34,630 nt of DNA from Rozella allomycis CSF55. Lineage: Eukaryota. The notes under the pieces are model-generated. The model saw only the letters and a list, made by a program, of their open reading frames with translations, did no database searches and was not told where the DNA came from. Shown in pieces: positions 10,954 to 24,400 of the stretch. Position 1 is the first letter of the stretch; the number at the start of each line of letters is the position of its first letter. The DNA lies in NCBI GenBank assembly GCA_000442015.1, contig KE560887.1:1-34630 (forward strand), written 5' to 3'. The position numbers were made by a program, and so were the translations under genes.

Positions 10954-13376
10954 ATGAACGACGAGATACGGCGCCGCAATAGAGAACAAACTCCTTCTCC
11001 AACAAAGAGTTCTAGTGATGTAGATGAAAAAGATAAATATATTGAAGTCCCAGTAAATATTGGTATTAATTAACACAGCCAACATCTGAATGCTACTATG
11101 ACCAAGAGAACACGAAAATAACAATAGCTTTATTAATATTTGGACTAATAACACGATTGTATCAAATAAATAAAGCAGACTTTGTAGTTTGGGATGAAGG
11201 TAATACAAATTGATAAAAGATATCAAGCGCATTTTGGGAAGTTTGGATCACAATATGTAAAAAATGCTAAGTTGTAATATTATAGCTAAGACGTGAATTT
11301 TATCATGATGTGCATCCACCACTCGGCAAAATGCTTGTTGGATTAGCTGGATTTTTGTCGGGATATAATGGAACTTTTGGATTTGAATCTGGATCTACAT
11401 ATCCCGCAGAATTGAATTATGGAATGTTTAGAGGCATGTTATCATTATTTGGCGCNCGTTGGCGTATTTGACGGCGGTTGAATTGCGATTGTCTAGACCT
11501 GCTGCATTATTTGTTGGCATTCTCGCATTGGCAGGTACTGATAAAATATTAATTATAAAGATTGTGCATGGACGACTATTAGTAGGTTTATCTTGTTGGA
11601 TGGAATGTTGATATTTTTTACAGTTTTGACAGTTTATAGTCATTTAACATTTGTGAATTCTAGAGATGTGTAACTTTAAATTAATTAAAGTATAAAGACC
11701 ATTTTCTTTGGATTGGTGGCTGGCAATAGTTTTAACCGGGGTATCAATTGGATTTGTTTCGAGTGTGAAATGGGTTGGACTATTTACAATGGCATTAGTA
11801 GGGTTGTACACCATTGAGGATCTCTGGGATATGTTAGGCGATTTACGCATGCCAAAAGTAAACTGATTAAAGATGAATGAACAAAAGATGACGTTCTTGA
11901 AGCATTTCTTTGCCAGGGTTGTTTGTTTGATTCTTCTTCCGATTGGAATTTACATGTTTTTCTTTCAAGCCCATTTCATGATTTTAAATTCTACTGGAAG
12001 CGGTGATTCACATATGAGTTCATTATTTCAAGCCAACCTTAGAGGAAGCAAATTATTGAACAATCCATTAGGTACTAAAGATGATTCATTGAAATAAAGA
12101 TGTCGCTTATGGATCATTAGTAACTATTAAAAATCAAGGTCATGGTGGTGGTTTGCTTCATTCTCATATTCAAACATTCCCAAGTGGAAGCAAGCAACAA
12201 CAAGTGACTTTGTATCACCATAAAGACGACAATAACAATTGGATTATTAAAAAAGAACATGGAGTGGAAATTGATGATGAGAAAATTCAATTTATTCAAA
12301 ATGGTGATAAATTGCGCCTTTTTCACTCTGCAACAAAAAGAAATCTACACAGCCACAATCTAGCTGCGCCTCTGACTAAATATGATAATGAAGTTAGTTG
12401 TTATGGAAATGACACGTGGAAAGATCCAAATGATTTCTGGATAATTGAGATTGCTAGTGATCTTCGAGATAATAAAAATTTGACCTCATTAAAGTCATTG
12501 ACGACTTCATTTAGATTGAAGCATTCCCAAACAGGTTGCTATCTAAGATCATCAATAAAGAATTTGCCTGAATGGGGATTTAAGCAATTGGAAGTGTCGT
12601 GTGAAAAGAAGCTGAAATTTAGAAAAGATTCACTTTGGAATATTGAAATGCATAAAAATGATAAACGTAAGTCAACTAAATCGAAATATAAAAGTTCCCC
12701 CTGCACCCCCTGGTCACTTTAAGACAAATTTCATTAATGATTTTCTTCAATTGAACGTAGCAATGTGGATAACAAATAACGCATTAACGCCTGATCCCGA
12801 CAAGGAGCCAGATGAATTAACTTCTTCTCCTTATGAATGGCCTTTACTCTTAAGAGGTTTAAGAATGGCCTCTTGGAAAGATGAAGCCGTCAAATTCTAC
12901 TTGATTGGAAATCCTGTTGTTTGGTGGGGCGGCTTCGTTTCTCTTTTATTAATTTCATTTTTATATTTGTTTTATATCTTAAGATTCAAAAGAGGCTACT
13001 ACAATTGGACAATCGGTAACAACAATGTTAATTTATTTTCATAGGGGATTGGCATTGGTTTACTATAAAATGCAAAACTATAATTTTTGGATGGATTCTT
13101 CATTTCATTCCATTTTGTCTAATGGGTCGCGTCACTTATCTTCATCACTACTTTCCCGCTTTATTCTTTGCAATGCTGGGATTCGGGTTTGTTTTGGACC
13201 ATCTATTCTTGCGTAAAATTAGAAACATCAAAGCCAGAAATCTAATCGCAGTACTCTTCTCTACAATTGTTTGTCTTGTTTTCTTATTCTTTACCCCTGT
13301 CGTATTTGGCTTTCAAGGACCAGCAAAGGACTTGATGGTTAACCACAAATGGCTCGATTCTTGGAATATTTATTAA
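10954..13376 (+). CDS. PMT2: Dolichyl-phosphate-mannose protein O-mannosyltransferase, Pmt2 subfamily
   Basis: [47 protein letters not shown] domains ([15 protein letters not shown]), [13 protein letters not shown]. Many tiny introns; assembly N at 11456. Confidence 0.93.
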
Positions 13377-13465
13377 AATTTCAAAACTAAGTTCGAAAAT
13401 AAACTAAATTTATCGCTAAAGTTAATTATTCTTTAAACTGCTGCGGCAGCTGCGCCATTAAGCAT

Positions 13466-14248
13466 ATGCACTTTGCAACTATACTTACTCTAATAGTAGG
13501 AAGTATTTTGAACTTGGTGGTAATAGTACTTAATACTAGATTAATTCCAAATCCGATTTTCTATTTGTCACAAGTACTCATTAGCCTTCCATCTCTGGCA
13601 TTAATTATTTGCTGCTTTTTTGGTCTATATCTGAACTGGAAAAAACAAAAATCTAAAAGTCTGTCTTCTTTTGCAAAGGCTGCTGTTCTCGCCCAGTACT
13701 TTGCAACCAAAAGCTATATACATTCTCCATCTCCTTTACTCCTTACCTGCTATTACTACAATGTCGTTCTATTGCTTTACGTTCTAACAATCTTTAGTGA
13801 ATGGAAAACCCCCAAGGGAATGTCATATACCTTCAATCTACCAAGTGTCATATGGTACTTAAATGCTTTCATAATTATTGGAACTTGTATATGCCATTCT
13901 TTGAGATTCTCAATTGCTAAACTCAATGGATTCAATATAGGAATTGTCGTCATCTTTTTTGTTTTAATGGTTAATCTGGTACCTCCAGATCATAAGGATT
14001 GTCGCAAAGTTGGAAGCTATTTGAGTCTGGATGCTGTAATGTTTTTGAGCGCATACATGTATATCCATCTTTGTTCTTTGATTGAAACCATGGTGTACGA
14101 AGGACAAATTGAGTTCGATCTGACACTTAAATGTATTTCCATGACCATTTCGTGTCTTCAGGTTATCTCATTTTTGGCATTTTTGATCCTTTATTTGAAG
14201 GAGCAGAGAAAGCCCACCAGAAAGAATACAATTGCATCTTCAGTTTGA
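13466..14248 (+). CDS. Orphan multi-pass (about 7 TM) membrane protein
   Basis: Uninterrupted 260 aa ORF with about seven hydrophobic segments and a short basic C-tail; no family recognised. Confidence 0.7.
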   Translation: MHFATILTLIVGSILNLVVIVLNTRLIPNPIFYLSQVLISLPSLALIICCFFGLYLNWKKQKSKSLSSFAKAAVLAQYFATKSYIHSPSPLLLTCYYYNVVLLLYVLTIFSEWKTPKGMSYTFNLPSVIWYLNAFIIIGTCICHSLRFSIAKLNGFNIGIVVIFFVLMVNLVPPDHKDCRKVGSYLSLDAVMFLSAYMYIHLCSLIETMVYEGQIEFDLTLKCISMTISCLQVISFLAFLILYLKEQRKPTRKNTIASSV

Positions 14249-14465
14249 ATGTTTAAATAAATACTTGTTTATTTAATAACTAGTTTTAATGAAAGTGCCC
14301 GGTCTATACAATACTAACCATTTCGTTTATTTTCTACTTTCTTGGAAGGAATGTGGAAATGTAGTTAAAATGAGCCATTCTGAAGGAGAGGATAATAACG
14401 TTTAAGGCCTCGGTCTCTACGCCACTTTGGAATTTCCGTGACGTTACTAACGTCCGTTATTTATA

Positions 14466-15867
14466 ATGGGCTCGGAAAAGATCCCTTCGGGGAGTAGCAG
14501 TACTGCATATTTAAAAAATATTAATACTTATGATAAGCACCTAGATGCAGAATACCAAAAGGTGGGTGTTGGTAATGAAAATGGCTCTTCAGAATTCCTT
14601 TCGTATAGAAAATCTTACAAGGCCCGAATCTACAAGTTTCTGACACAAGGTACTAATGGTTTTTGGTCTAGAGTTTTACAAGTCTATACAATTTTGCTTA
14701 TTGTTGCTTCTGTAATTATTATGTTCCTTGATACATTAACAAAATTACATTACTTGAATAATGTTTTCACTATTATTGAAACGATTATTGCCATACATTT
14801 TATGATTGAATACATCTTAAAATGCAGTACAAGCTATGACAAAAGGGCCTTCGCAGTGTCGATGAGTGGTATAATTGATTTATTGTCTTTTCTTCCACAT
14901 TTAATTGATTTATTATTTCAATTAGGTCCTTTTGATTTTAGGGGAATCCAGATCTTAAGATTGTTCAGAGCGCTTCGTTTGTTAAAAATTGTTGGCTCCG
15001 TGAAAGATGTTAATATATTCATTGTTGCCATTAAACGATCCAGACCAGGTCTACTTTTCTTATTATATTACTTGGTATCAGCTTGTATTGTATTCTCAGC
15101 GGCAATCTACTATGCAGAAACTGCCGTTTGTGTCTTTGACAAAGTTAATGACCAGTGGATTTACGGCCAAAGTATGGGTGAATTTCAAGGCAAAAGAAGT
15201 CAAATTCAAAATATCGCTGATGCGACTTGGTACACAAGTAATAAGCATTGTGTGTTAAATAATAGTTGTTTCCATTGCCACAGTAGGTTATGGTGATGTT
15301 GTTCCCAAGGCGCCTTTAAGTCGAATTATATCATTTCTCATCATTATATCTGGTATGTTGTTTCTTGGTTTGCCTGTTACTGTTTTCAGCTCGAATTTGA
15401 CCGAACTGTATTTGGAGCATCGCTTTCAACAGCAAGCCAGAAAAAGAGAGATGCACCAAAAACATTACGAAATGAAAAAGACAGCTTTTCAAGAAATATC
15501 TCGAGATTCTATTGTTTCAGAGAGAGCAAGTCCATTTTTATCAAGTCATGCATCTGATCAAAAAGATCTTATGATTCAAATTGAACCTGAGCTTTTAAAC
15601 AAAAATGGTGTGCCAATCGTGAGCACATTTGAAATGATAGCAGAAATAAATAGAGAACTCACTTTTGAACTGGAGCTAATGAAAAGGCAATTTAACAAAA
15701 TCAATGAATCTCAAAAAATATTGACAAACTACGTTTTAACTTTGGCTAGGCAAGTGGGAATGGAAGATGAAACAATACATGACCTTCACTTGGACAACAA
15801 TCTTGAAAACTTTTGTCAGACCTGCTCAGACTCTTATCATACGCAAGTTGAAAATAACAAAGAATAA
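14466..15867 (+). CDS. Six-transmembrane voltage-gated potassium channel
   Basis: IIDLLSFLP (S3), ILRLFRALRLLK (S4), IYYAE (S5). Removing intron 15238-15265 gives pore WYTIVSIATVGYGDVVP; S6 LGLPVTVF; coiled-coil tail. True start may lie further upstream. Confidence 0.9.
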
Positions 15868-15923
15868 AAATGATAATTTTTTAATACTGTATATTAAATT
15901 TTATTGATTTTCTGTTATTGAGA

Positions 15924-15985
15924 GCATTCAGATACGACAATCATCATAGGACTCAGTCCGCCCGTCGTTGTTATCATCATTATGC
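15924..15985 (-). ncRNA. snR70: Box C/D snoRNA, snR70/SNORD43-like, guiding SSU rRNA Cm1639 (yeast numbering)
   Basis: GCAUa-AUGAUGA-uaacaACGACGGGCGG-a-CUGA-guccu-AUGAUGA-uugucguau-CUGA-AUGC: perfect C, D', C', D boxes and a GCAU/AUGC terminal stem. The guide is complementary to SSU CCGCCCGUCG; the D'+5 rule selects the C equivalent to E. coli C1402. Confidence 0.93.
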
Positions 15986-16060
15986 GGTGTAAGTTATTTC
16001 AATTTCGAGTGAAATCTAACATTAGAAACTGTTTGATAAATTTAAAGTATATAAAATTTG

Positions 16061-16134
16061 GACTCAGACAAGGCTGAAACTATTTGTCAACATGGTACGT
16101 TCTGTTTACAAATAATAGAAACCGTCATCATAGA
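16061..16134 (-). ncRNA. snR41: Box C/D snoRNA, snR41-like, guiding SSU rRNA Gm1126 (yeast numbering)
   Basis: AUGAUGA...CAGA(D')...AUGUUGA(C')-caaau-AGUUUCAGCCUUG-u-CUGA. The 13 nt guide is complementary to SSU CAAGGCUGAAACU; D+5 selects the first G after GCAA. Confidence 0.9.
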
Positions 16135-16507
16135 AAAAAAGACATAATCGCACAAACTCTTACCGAAAAAAACTTGCAAGGGTCTTGCAGAATTTTTGGA
16201 ATTTATACCATAGATTTAGGAAATTTACAATTTCAATTTCATTGCAATGTACGGTTTCCAATAAATATCTTTCACGTGACTGAATATGCGGACAAATATA
16301 TTTTACAATGCCATGAGGTACTACGCAGAACCAGTTGTTTTCATATTTTCTTTTGGTTCCCAATTGAGGTATTAGACTCAGAGCAAATAAAACAAAAATT
16401 ATGCCTTATGAGGCGTATATTTATTTTTTAGAAGTAACCTCAATGAAAACAGACATCTTGAATAAAATGTTTACTACTTTGAACACCTGTTTCGACCGGG
16501 GTGTTAA

Positions 16508-17709
<1,202 letters not shown>

Positions 17710-17738
17710 TAAATATTTTAGCATTTCAGTCACCTTAT

Positions 17739-18253
17739 TTATTTAAAAACACCTTTAAAACAGTTTAATACCGCTGCTCTGCCAAACGGTATATATGATA
17801 AACTGTACCAAAACAACGCACCAGATTGAAATATAACACACAGCAAAATCAAGACAACTGACGCCTTTACAACCACTAAAATGATGGTTAAGACAAGCGC
17901 ACCCAAATATAAAAGTGTGGCTACAATTCTATCTTTATCAAACATTTTCTTTAATTGGTTAAGAGGTCCAAAAAGAAACGACGTACTATTGAAATGAATC
18001 AACCCTTTTACCTTCCCAGCGATAAAATATTCCCAAGAGTGTATAAAAATGCAAACATTGTTATATTGAAAAAGAAGAATGCTGAAATGAAATTAATAAC
18101 TAGGCCTGCAACATAGCATATCCCGAAACCATACATTCTTTGTGTCCTCGACAGACCACAAATATCTTCGCCCTGATTATTTAATATAAATGGTTTTACA
18201 GAGTCAAGAATACCGCCTGATCCGCTACTGCTGCTTCCAAATCCAAATGCCAT
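17739..18253 (-). CDS. SFT2: Sft2/Got1-family vesicle transport membrane protein
   Basis: LSRTQRMYGFGIC, FAFLYTLGNI, FLFGPLNQLKKMFDKDR, WYSLSYIPFGR; one 26 nt intron. Confidence 0.93.
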
Positions 18254-18497
18254 TGTGGCTTCGACTCTGGGTCTAAAACAAAATACCACCCTACAATTTG
18301 TCGTCTTTCAAATCAAACTAATTATACCACCTTCTATAGAATGATGTAAAGTAAAAGCTAAATAAATTTGGGTCCTACATGATTTAAAAAAATAAAAATA
18401 GAATTGAAGCCGGCTTCAATGAATTAAAGGTTATGACAGATCTATGTGACCAACATGATCACTAATTATTAAATTTCTTCGAATAGATTTATTAAAT

Positions 18498-19015
18498 TTA
18501 TTTTAATGGTCTGACATAAAGTAAATCAGATAACTCTTTCGTATTGTCTTGATTTCCCTATTCATATTCTTTTCATTCACCTTACATTACAATAATTCAA
18601 AACAAGATCTTTGTATGATTCAATATCATTAAGAGAATTCACAACATCAAAGATATCAGTGTCTGCGATTTCTTGATGTTCATTCAGTACACTGAAAAGC
18701 CTGCTCATGGTAAATCCTGAAATTATGACATTAAAACGGCTCTCTATGAATTTCCCGACGTTTCTTTTCTATTTTCTACAAACGATTAATTCCTACATAT
18801 TCATTAAAAAGATCATTGGCACATTTATCACTGATGATTTTGCTATGCTTCTCGAGTAGAGATCCTTGGAGTGAGGAAAACTCGGGATCCACGAGCAATT
18901 CTTCAAATGCATTAATAATTATATCAAAATCGCTCGATTCATGTCTATGGGAGTGATAAGAATAATCATACCTTTCCTCAATTTGTTCGTCGTCATCTGT
19001 TCCAGCAATGGTCAT
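18498..19015 (-). CDS. ARL2BP: ARL2-binding protein (BART domain)
   Basis: DFDIIINAFEELLVDPEFSSLQ..L.K, FNEY, GFTM, DIFDVV.SL.D...YKDL.LNY follow the BART fold pattern; two introns. Confidence 0.75.
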
Positions 19016-19274
19016 TTCGATTTCATTAGTTTTTTCTTTTACATTAAATTATGTAATATTACTTGTGAAGAGTGATTTAAGGACTGATTGGGCACCCATC
19101 ATGAAAGTAAAACAAAATAAACAAAAATGCACAACTTAATCCACAAAATGATATTCGCTTAAAGGATATATTTCAAATAAATTAAATGAATTGTATATGA
19201 ATAATTATGTAACGACAACTTTTATGATTGCAGGTTTGATAGGCTAGTAAAGAGTTGCCAAGCCACATTATTTT

Positions 19275-21357
19275 ATGACTTGTTTTCGACTAGAAATCCA
19301 GATACGAAAGGCTGTAGAGAATACTAATAGATCTTTTATCGACTCTCCGATATTTTTAAATAATGCGAGATACAAGCCAACTGAAGTTATGTTCCAATTT
19401 TTGCTCGCTTGTCCAAATACACATACTGTAAAGCAACTTGGGAGATTAATATCTAAAAAGATGAAAAAGCTTTACAGTGATGAAGTTTCGTAAGATTTGT
19501 TAGTTGTTTTTGATTCTAGGGGATATAAAATAAAGACATTGAGAAACGATCGTAATATGGACTTGGATGATGATGATTTGGTGGGTGATTTATTTAGAGA
19601 TCAATCTGTTGTATGTGCTATTGTAGAATATCAATTAAACAACCAGGGAAAGCGTCAAAAGAGGAAAAGATCATTAAGTGATGTGGATGAAAGTGTTGTG
19701 ATGATAAAGAAGACTAAAGCTTTTAATCAATCTACGCAGACACTGGGGGATATCACTTTGACTGATTTAGCCGATACAAGTCAGGTTTTAAGTGACTTGA
19801 AGGAAGTTCAGTTCTTTAACACTCCTTGTAACCAGAGAATCATTCAAACACAAACCGTAACAGAGACACCTAAAACAGGAAATGAAAATGATATTAAAGC
19901 TGAGAAACAAAATGGATTTGAAGTTTCACCTGAAAAGAACAAAAATAACGTAAATTCTGAAAGCAACAATGAGCCTAATAACATCAATGAGAATAATTTT
20001 CCAGTGAATGATGGAATGCCAGACTTTAGTACTTCTAGTCAAAAAAGAAAGAAACGAATTAAAATAAAGCGAAGTGAAAAAGAGAAAATTGATTTGGCAA
20101 AAGCGAATGGAGATTCAAACGTTGTTCAAGAAATTATTGAGCACGCAAAGCAAAGTGAAGGTGAAGCATCAAAGCCAAAAGTTCTTGATACGATTAAAAA
20201 CACGTTTAATCCTGGGCCACCTCTAAGAGGAAACACTCCAAAACAAAATAAAGTGGAATTGAATCTTTGTACACCAGAGCCCACGCCTGTTGCCTCGCCA
20301 ATAGCAAAACACCAAGACAAGAAAGAAAACAATGTAAATAAAGTAGGGACTGAGAGTGATAAGAATCCATCTATTGAAAAGGTTCAAATTGAAAAAGCTA
20401 AAGTCGAAATCCCACAACAGGCCAAGAAATCTGAAGTCCCCGTTGAAAAAGTGACACAAAACGTTAAAGATTGCAAAATTGCGACCCCACAAAAGATTCA
20501 AATCCCACAGAAGCAAGTGGATAAGCCAAGCACTCAAAAAATCAACACAGAAAAGAAGGAAATGAATCAGACAGCGCCAGTTGGAATCAAAAAGAATCAA
20601 TTAGCTCAAAAGGCTGAAAAGAAAGAGCAAATTGTAGCAGCAAAGAGAGAAATCAACGAGAATAATGCAAAGACAATTACACAAGTTCCAACAAAGTCAA
20701 TTAAGAAACCATTTGCACCAGTTACTCAGCCAATTACGAAGCCAGCTACAAAGCCAGCTACACCGCCAGTCAATCAGGTTTCAGATAATTCAGATTCCGA
20801 ATCATCTTCATCTTCAGATGACGAAAAAGAAAATGCGCCAATGCTGACAAAATTGGCACCAATAAAATCAAAATTGAAATCTTTAATCATGGAAAACGAA
20901 ACACCAACCAAAGGCAAACAAGTTGCAACGCCCAAATCAGATGACAGTTCAAGTGAGAGTGAAGAAGAAGATGGATATTCTTCAAAGATTTTCGGTCAAA
21001 ATAAGTCGTCTGTAAATGAAAAGAAGAAAAAAGTTGACGTTAACAGTTTTACATTCAACGATGATCCCATTTACAATGTTCCTTTAAATGAAGAGTAAAT
21101 AACTTATTTGTCTCTCATAAAGATCTCTGACTATTAAACTGACAGCTCCCTCAAAGTCAAAGAAACTGGTCAACAAACAACCAAGAAAGCGTCCAAACAA
21201 GAAGAGTAAATATTTTATTAATTAATAACAAGAAACTGAAATCTCTCAAGTTGAATCTCATGATTTATTATCAAATGTTGACATTGGAACAATCCTAAAG
21301 AATGACAAACTATGGAATGCAAATGGTGATAAAGCTGAAGAAAATAATAATGAATAA
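19275..21357 (+). CDS. Nucleolar Dnt1/Net1-like protein (N-terminal Cdc14-binding-type domain, long low-complexity tail)
   Basis: FRLEI...FLL..P...TVKQL...I.KK.KKLY...I..LRN...DLD.D.LVGDLF resembles the Net1/Tof2/Dnt1 N-terminal domain; K/S/D-rich disordered remainder. Last exons inferred. Confidence 0.65.
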
Positions 21358-21436
21358 TCAATCATTAATTTATAAATAAACTTTTGGCATTTTACTCTTT
21401 TTTATTGATTCATGTCATGATTGTGGCTCATCTAAT

Positions 21437-24400
21437 ATGAGCGAGTCCAGACGCTCTTCAATTAACAATCGTAACTAGTTTAACTATATTGTAATAGTCT
21501 TACTATCAAAACGAACGCCTATTTTTGAACAAGTAGTTACAATTGATGGAAAGGAAGACTTGAACATGGTAAACTGAATTTACTTGGTCAATATAGTGTC
21601 TCTATCAAGATTCACTATCATTCCACAGAAAACAAGTATTAATTAGAATGTTTATTCATCAAGGGAGTGGCTATGATTGTTAGTCTTTTAGCAATTGAAA
21701 ATGTAAAAAGAAAAGATTCCAATACACTAAATTTATTAATCAGAGAAGATGCCATTAAATCAATAGAAATATCAATTCTATTCAAGGCTAGTTTTACAGA
21801 GTTTTTCAAATTTTTGACTCTGTCGTGTTCACTACTTTTTGGACACTCGGTATTTTTGTCAAAGAGGAAATGGGACCTATTACAAGATGAGTAAAAACAA
21901 AAAATCATTATAAAAGAATTGAAAGTGAATTTAATAAAAGTTTGGCACAGATTGAAGAATTAATGGTTCCAATCGATGCCAAGCTGAGCGATGAATTGAA
22001 AAAAGTCATTAGCTCTGCAATGATTTATCCAAGTCACGGGAATCTCGCATTTCAATACACTTCAACGTGTTCTCTACTTGACGCGAATCCCAATATTGAT
22101 TTTCTCAATCATTTGAAATCTGCCCCATTTATTTCACACATAGATTCCTGCTTGTTTGATTTTTCAGAGTATAATTTTTGAATAGAAAAGAATAGAAAAG
22201 ATATTTGCTGTATCGCCCACAGTCTCTTGTTGAACAAGGTTGTTAGAGCGATTACACTTAATGGATTCAAACTTTCCAGCAATACTTGTGAGTATTTATC
22301 AAATTTGGTATCTAAATCAGCGTACATTGAAAATCTTGTAAGGTGTATTGCTTGCTGTTGTAGAATCTTCTGAATTGCGAAATATCGAAATCATTTTTCC
22401 AAAATCTTTGTCCGAATCAGAGCAGCTTGCTTAGAAATTTATCATTGGCGAATATTTCATTAGACGAAAGCCAAGTAGAATTAATTTTTGGTTGGCTAAT
22501 TAAATCGAATATAAAGTTGGAAACACTTGAATTTGATAATTGCAAGTTGAATAAAAAGAGTAACTTTAAATGTTTAAAGTGAGAGGTATGAATCATTTGA
22601 ATTCTTATTTGCTTTCACCCTTTGCTAATGACTTGATGACGCTTAACTTGTCCAACAATGAAATTGGATCAGAGGGGCTCTCATTCATTAAAATGGGGAT
22701 TGAAAGATGCCAGAACATTAAGAATTTGAATCTATCGAATACTGACAATCCATTCGTGTTTGATCAGTTGTCACTTTGGTTGCAACAATCCCAGTCATTT
22801 TCTGTTATTGACATTTCAAAAAATAAACTAAAAAAACCGAATGTTGAAGTAATTAACAATTTTGCGTATTAAAGGTTTCTTTTGTGTCGAGAATTCAAAG
22901 TCTATCAAAGTTGGATTTTTCCAATACGAAAATTACAAAGCAGCATGGAGCGTTTCTAGCATCTGAAATTGCCAAGAATGTTAATATGAAGCTATCATTG
23001 AATATATCAAATAATGACCTTGGAAAGGGGGTATGATTAGCAATGTAGAGTGACAAGGATGTTGAATGGATAAAATCAATACTCTCAACCCCACAGATAG
23101 TAGATTTAGATGTTTCAAATAACAATATTTCCAATTACTTGTCTGAATTGCTTCCAGGACAAGAATTGAGCATCAATTTGAGGGGTTTAAATTTGAGTAG
23201 AATTGGATTCTCTGGTTCAAAATTTTCAGAGCTTGAAAGTATGATTTTAAAATGAATTGAATAGATTTAATAAATTTCCTTCGTAGGGTGAGGATAACAC
23301 TTGAGGATTTGAGCCTTGCAGGACTTGGCTTGAAGTTCAATGAATTCTCTATTTTGATATCAGAGCTGCAAAGGTTTCCATGTTTAAAAACATTGGTATT
23401 GGATGAGAATAAATTCAATGATAAATGTGTGTTTGCATTGTACAGACTTCATTACGTCAACAGTGGCTTATGCTATTCGTTCAAGGATTGTCAATTGCCG
23501 GCAGCTTTAACCCCAACGATGAGAATGATTGGAAGTGACATTTGTGACAATAATTTATTGAAAGATCTTAAATTATTGAAATCCAGTGCACAAAATGCGT
23601 TTGATAAAATAAAGAGTGAATTGTTGGATGGGGAAAGTAAAGCGTTGCACAAAGCGAGAGAATTCACTTTAAAATTGAAAAGTCTGAATAGAACAGAAAT
23701 TAAAAAGCTTGATGAATCAATAAAGAATCATGCGTTTGAAAGAGTATCAGAAATGTTTGAAAATGCAACTTTTACAAATCCAATAATTGAAGCACGTCAT
23801 CACGATCATCACTATGGCCATTCTTTGATTGTTCCGAATGTTTTGTATTNTGATTGTTCCAAATGTTTTGTATTTGTTGCAAAAGAATCTCGAAAAGGTT
23901 TGTGAAAATGAAGATAGAGGAAACATGAAAGTTTTGACGTTTAGAGAAAGTGAAAACGGTATTTTAAATAGATTGAATTAAAATTAGAATTGCTTCCACC
24001 GCCTTCCAATCCTTCCAATGTATTACCAGCGTTGACTAAAAGTAGACCACAAATTAAAGGGAAAAGACTTCCAAGCAGAACAACAATTTGCAGCACACAA
24101 AATGATTTTGATAAACTAAATTCTTCTATTCAAGACACGCAATCTAGAGAGAGTCCAGTTCCATCAAATAGAAATTCAACTGGGGCTTCAATCCCTCCAC
24201 CAATAATAGAAAATGTTGTTGATGTTAAAAATAATCAAACAAGCAAAGATTCAGAAAAAGACTTGATGATTGACCCTGGTCAAGAGATTGAAGGTAACAT
24301 TAAAGGAAGCAACAAGGCTTCACCACCAAAGTTACCAATTAAACCAACTCATAAAATAAACATGTCTGATTCTGTATCTTCACACTCTTCTAGTCCACTC

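Noticed and set aside
11450..11465. Frameshift in PMT2
   Set aside because: Coincides with the assembly N at 11456, where a few codons appear to be missing; an artefact.
14369..14384. AATGAGCCATT-CTGA as the missing snR51 (SSU Am100 guide)
   Set aside because: D+5 would select G96 rather than A100, there is no good box C, and a 12 nt rRNA match is expected by chance in 35 kb.
14290..14475. RNase MRP RNA (GAAAGTGCCCGG ... ATGGGCTC)
   Set aside because: P4 pairing is imperfect, no GARAR-loop P8 follows, and the ends would overlap flanking coding sequence.
16084..16431. Plus-strand 115 aa ORF
   Set aside because: TTG start, overlaps the snR41-like RNA in antisense, and has no recognisable protein features.
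23826..23874. Tandem repeat in the CARMIL-like gene
   Set aside because: The copies flank an N and are better explained as a contig or haplotype overlap.
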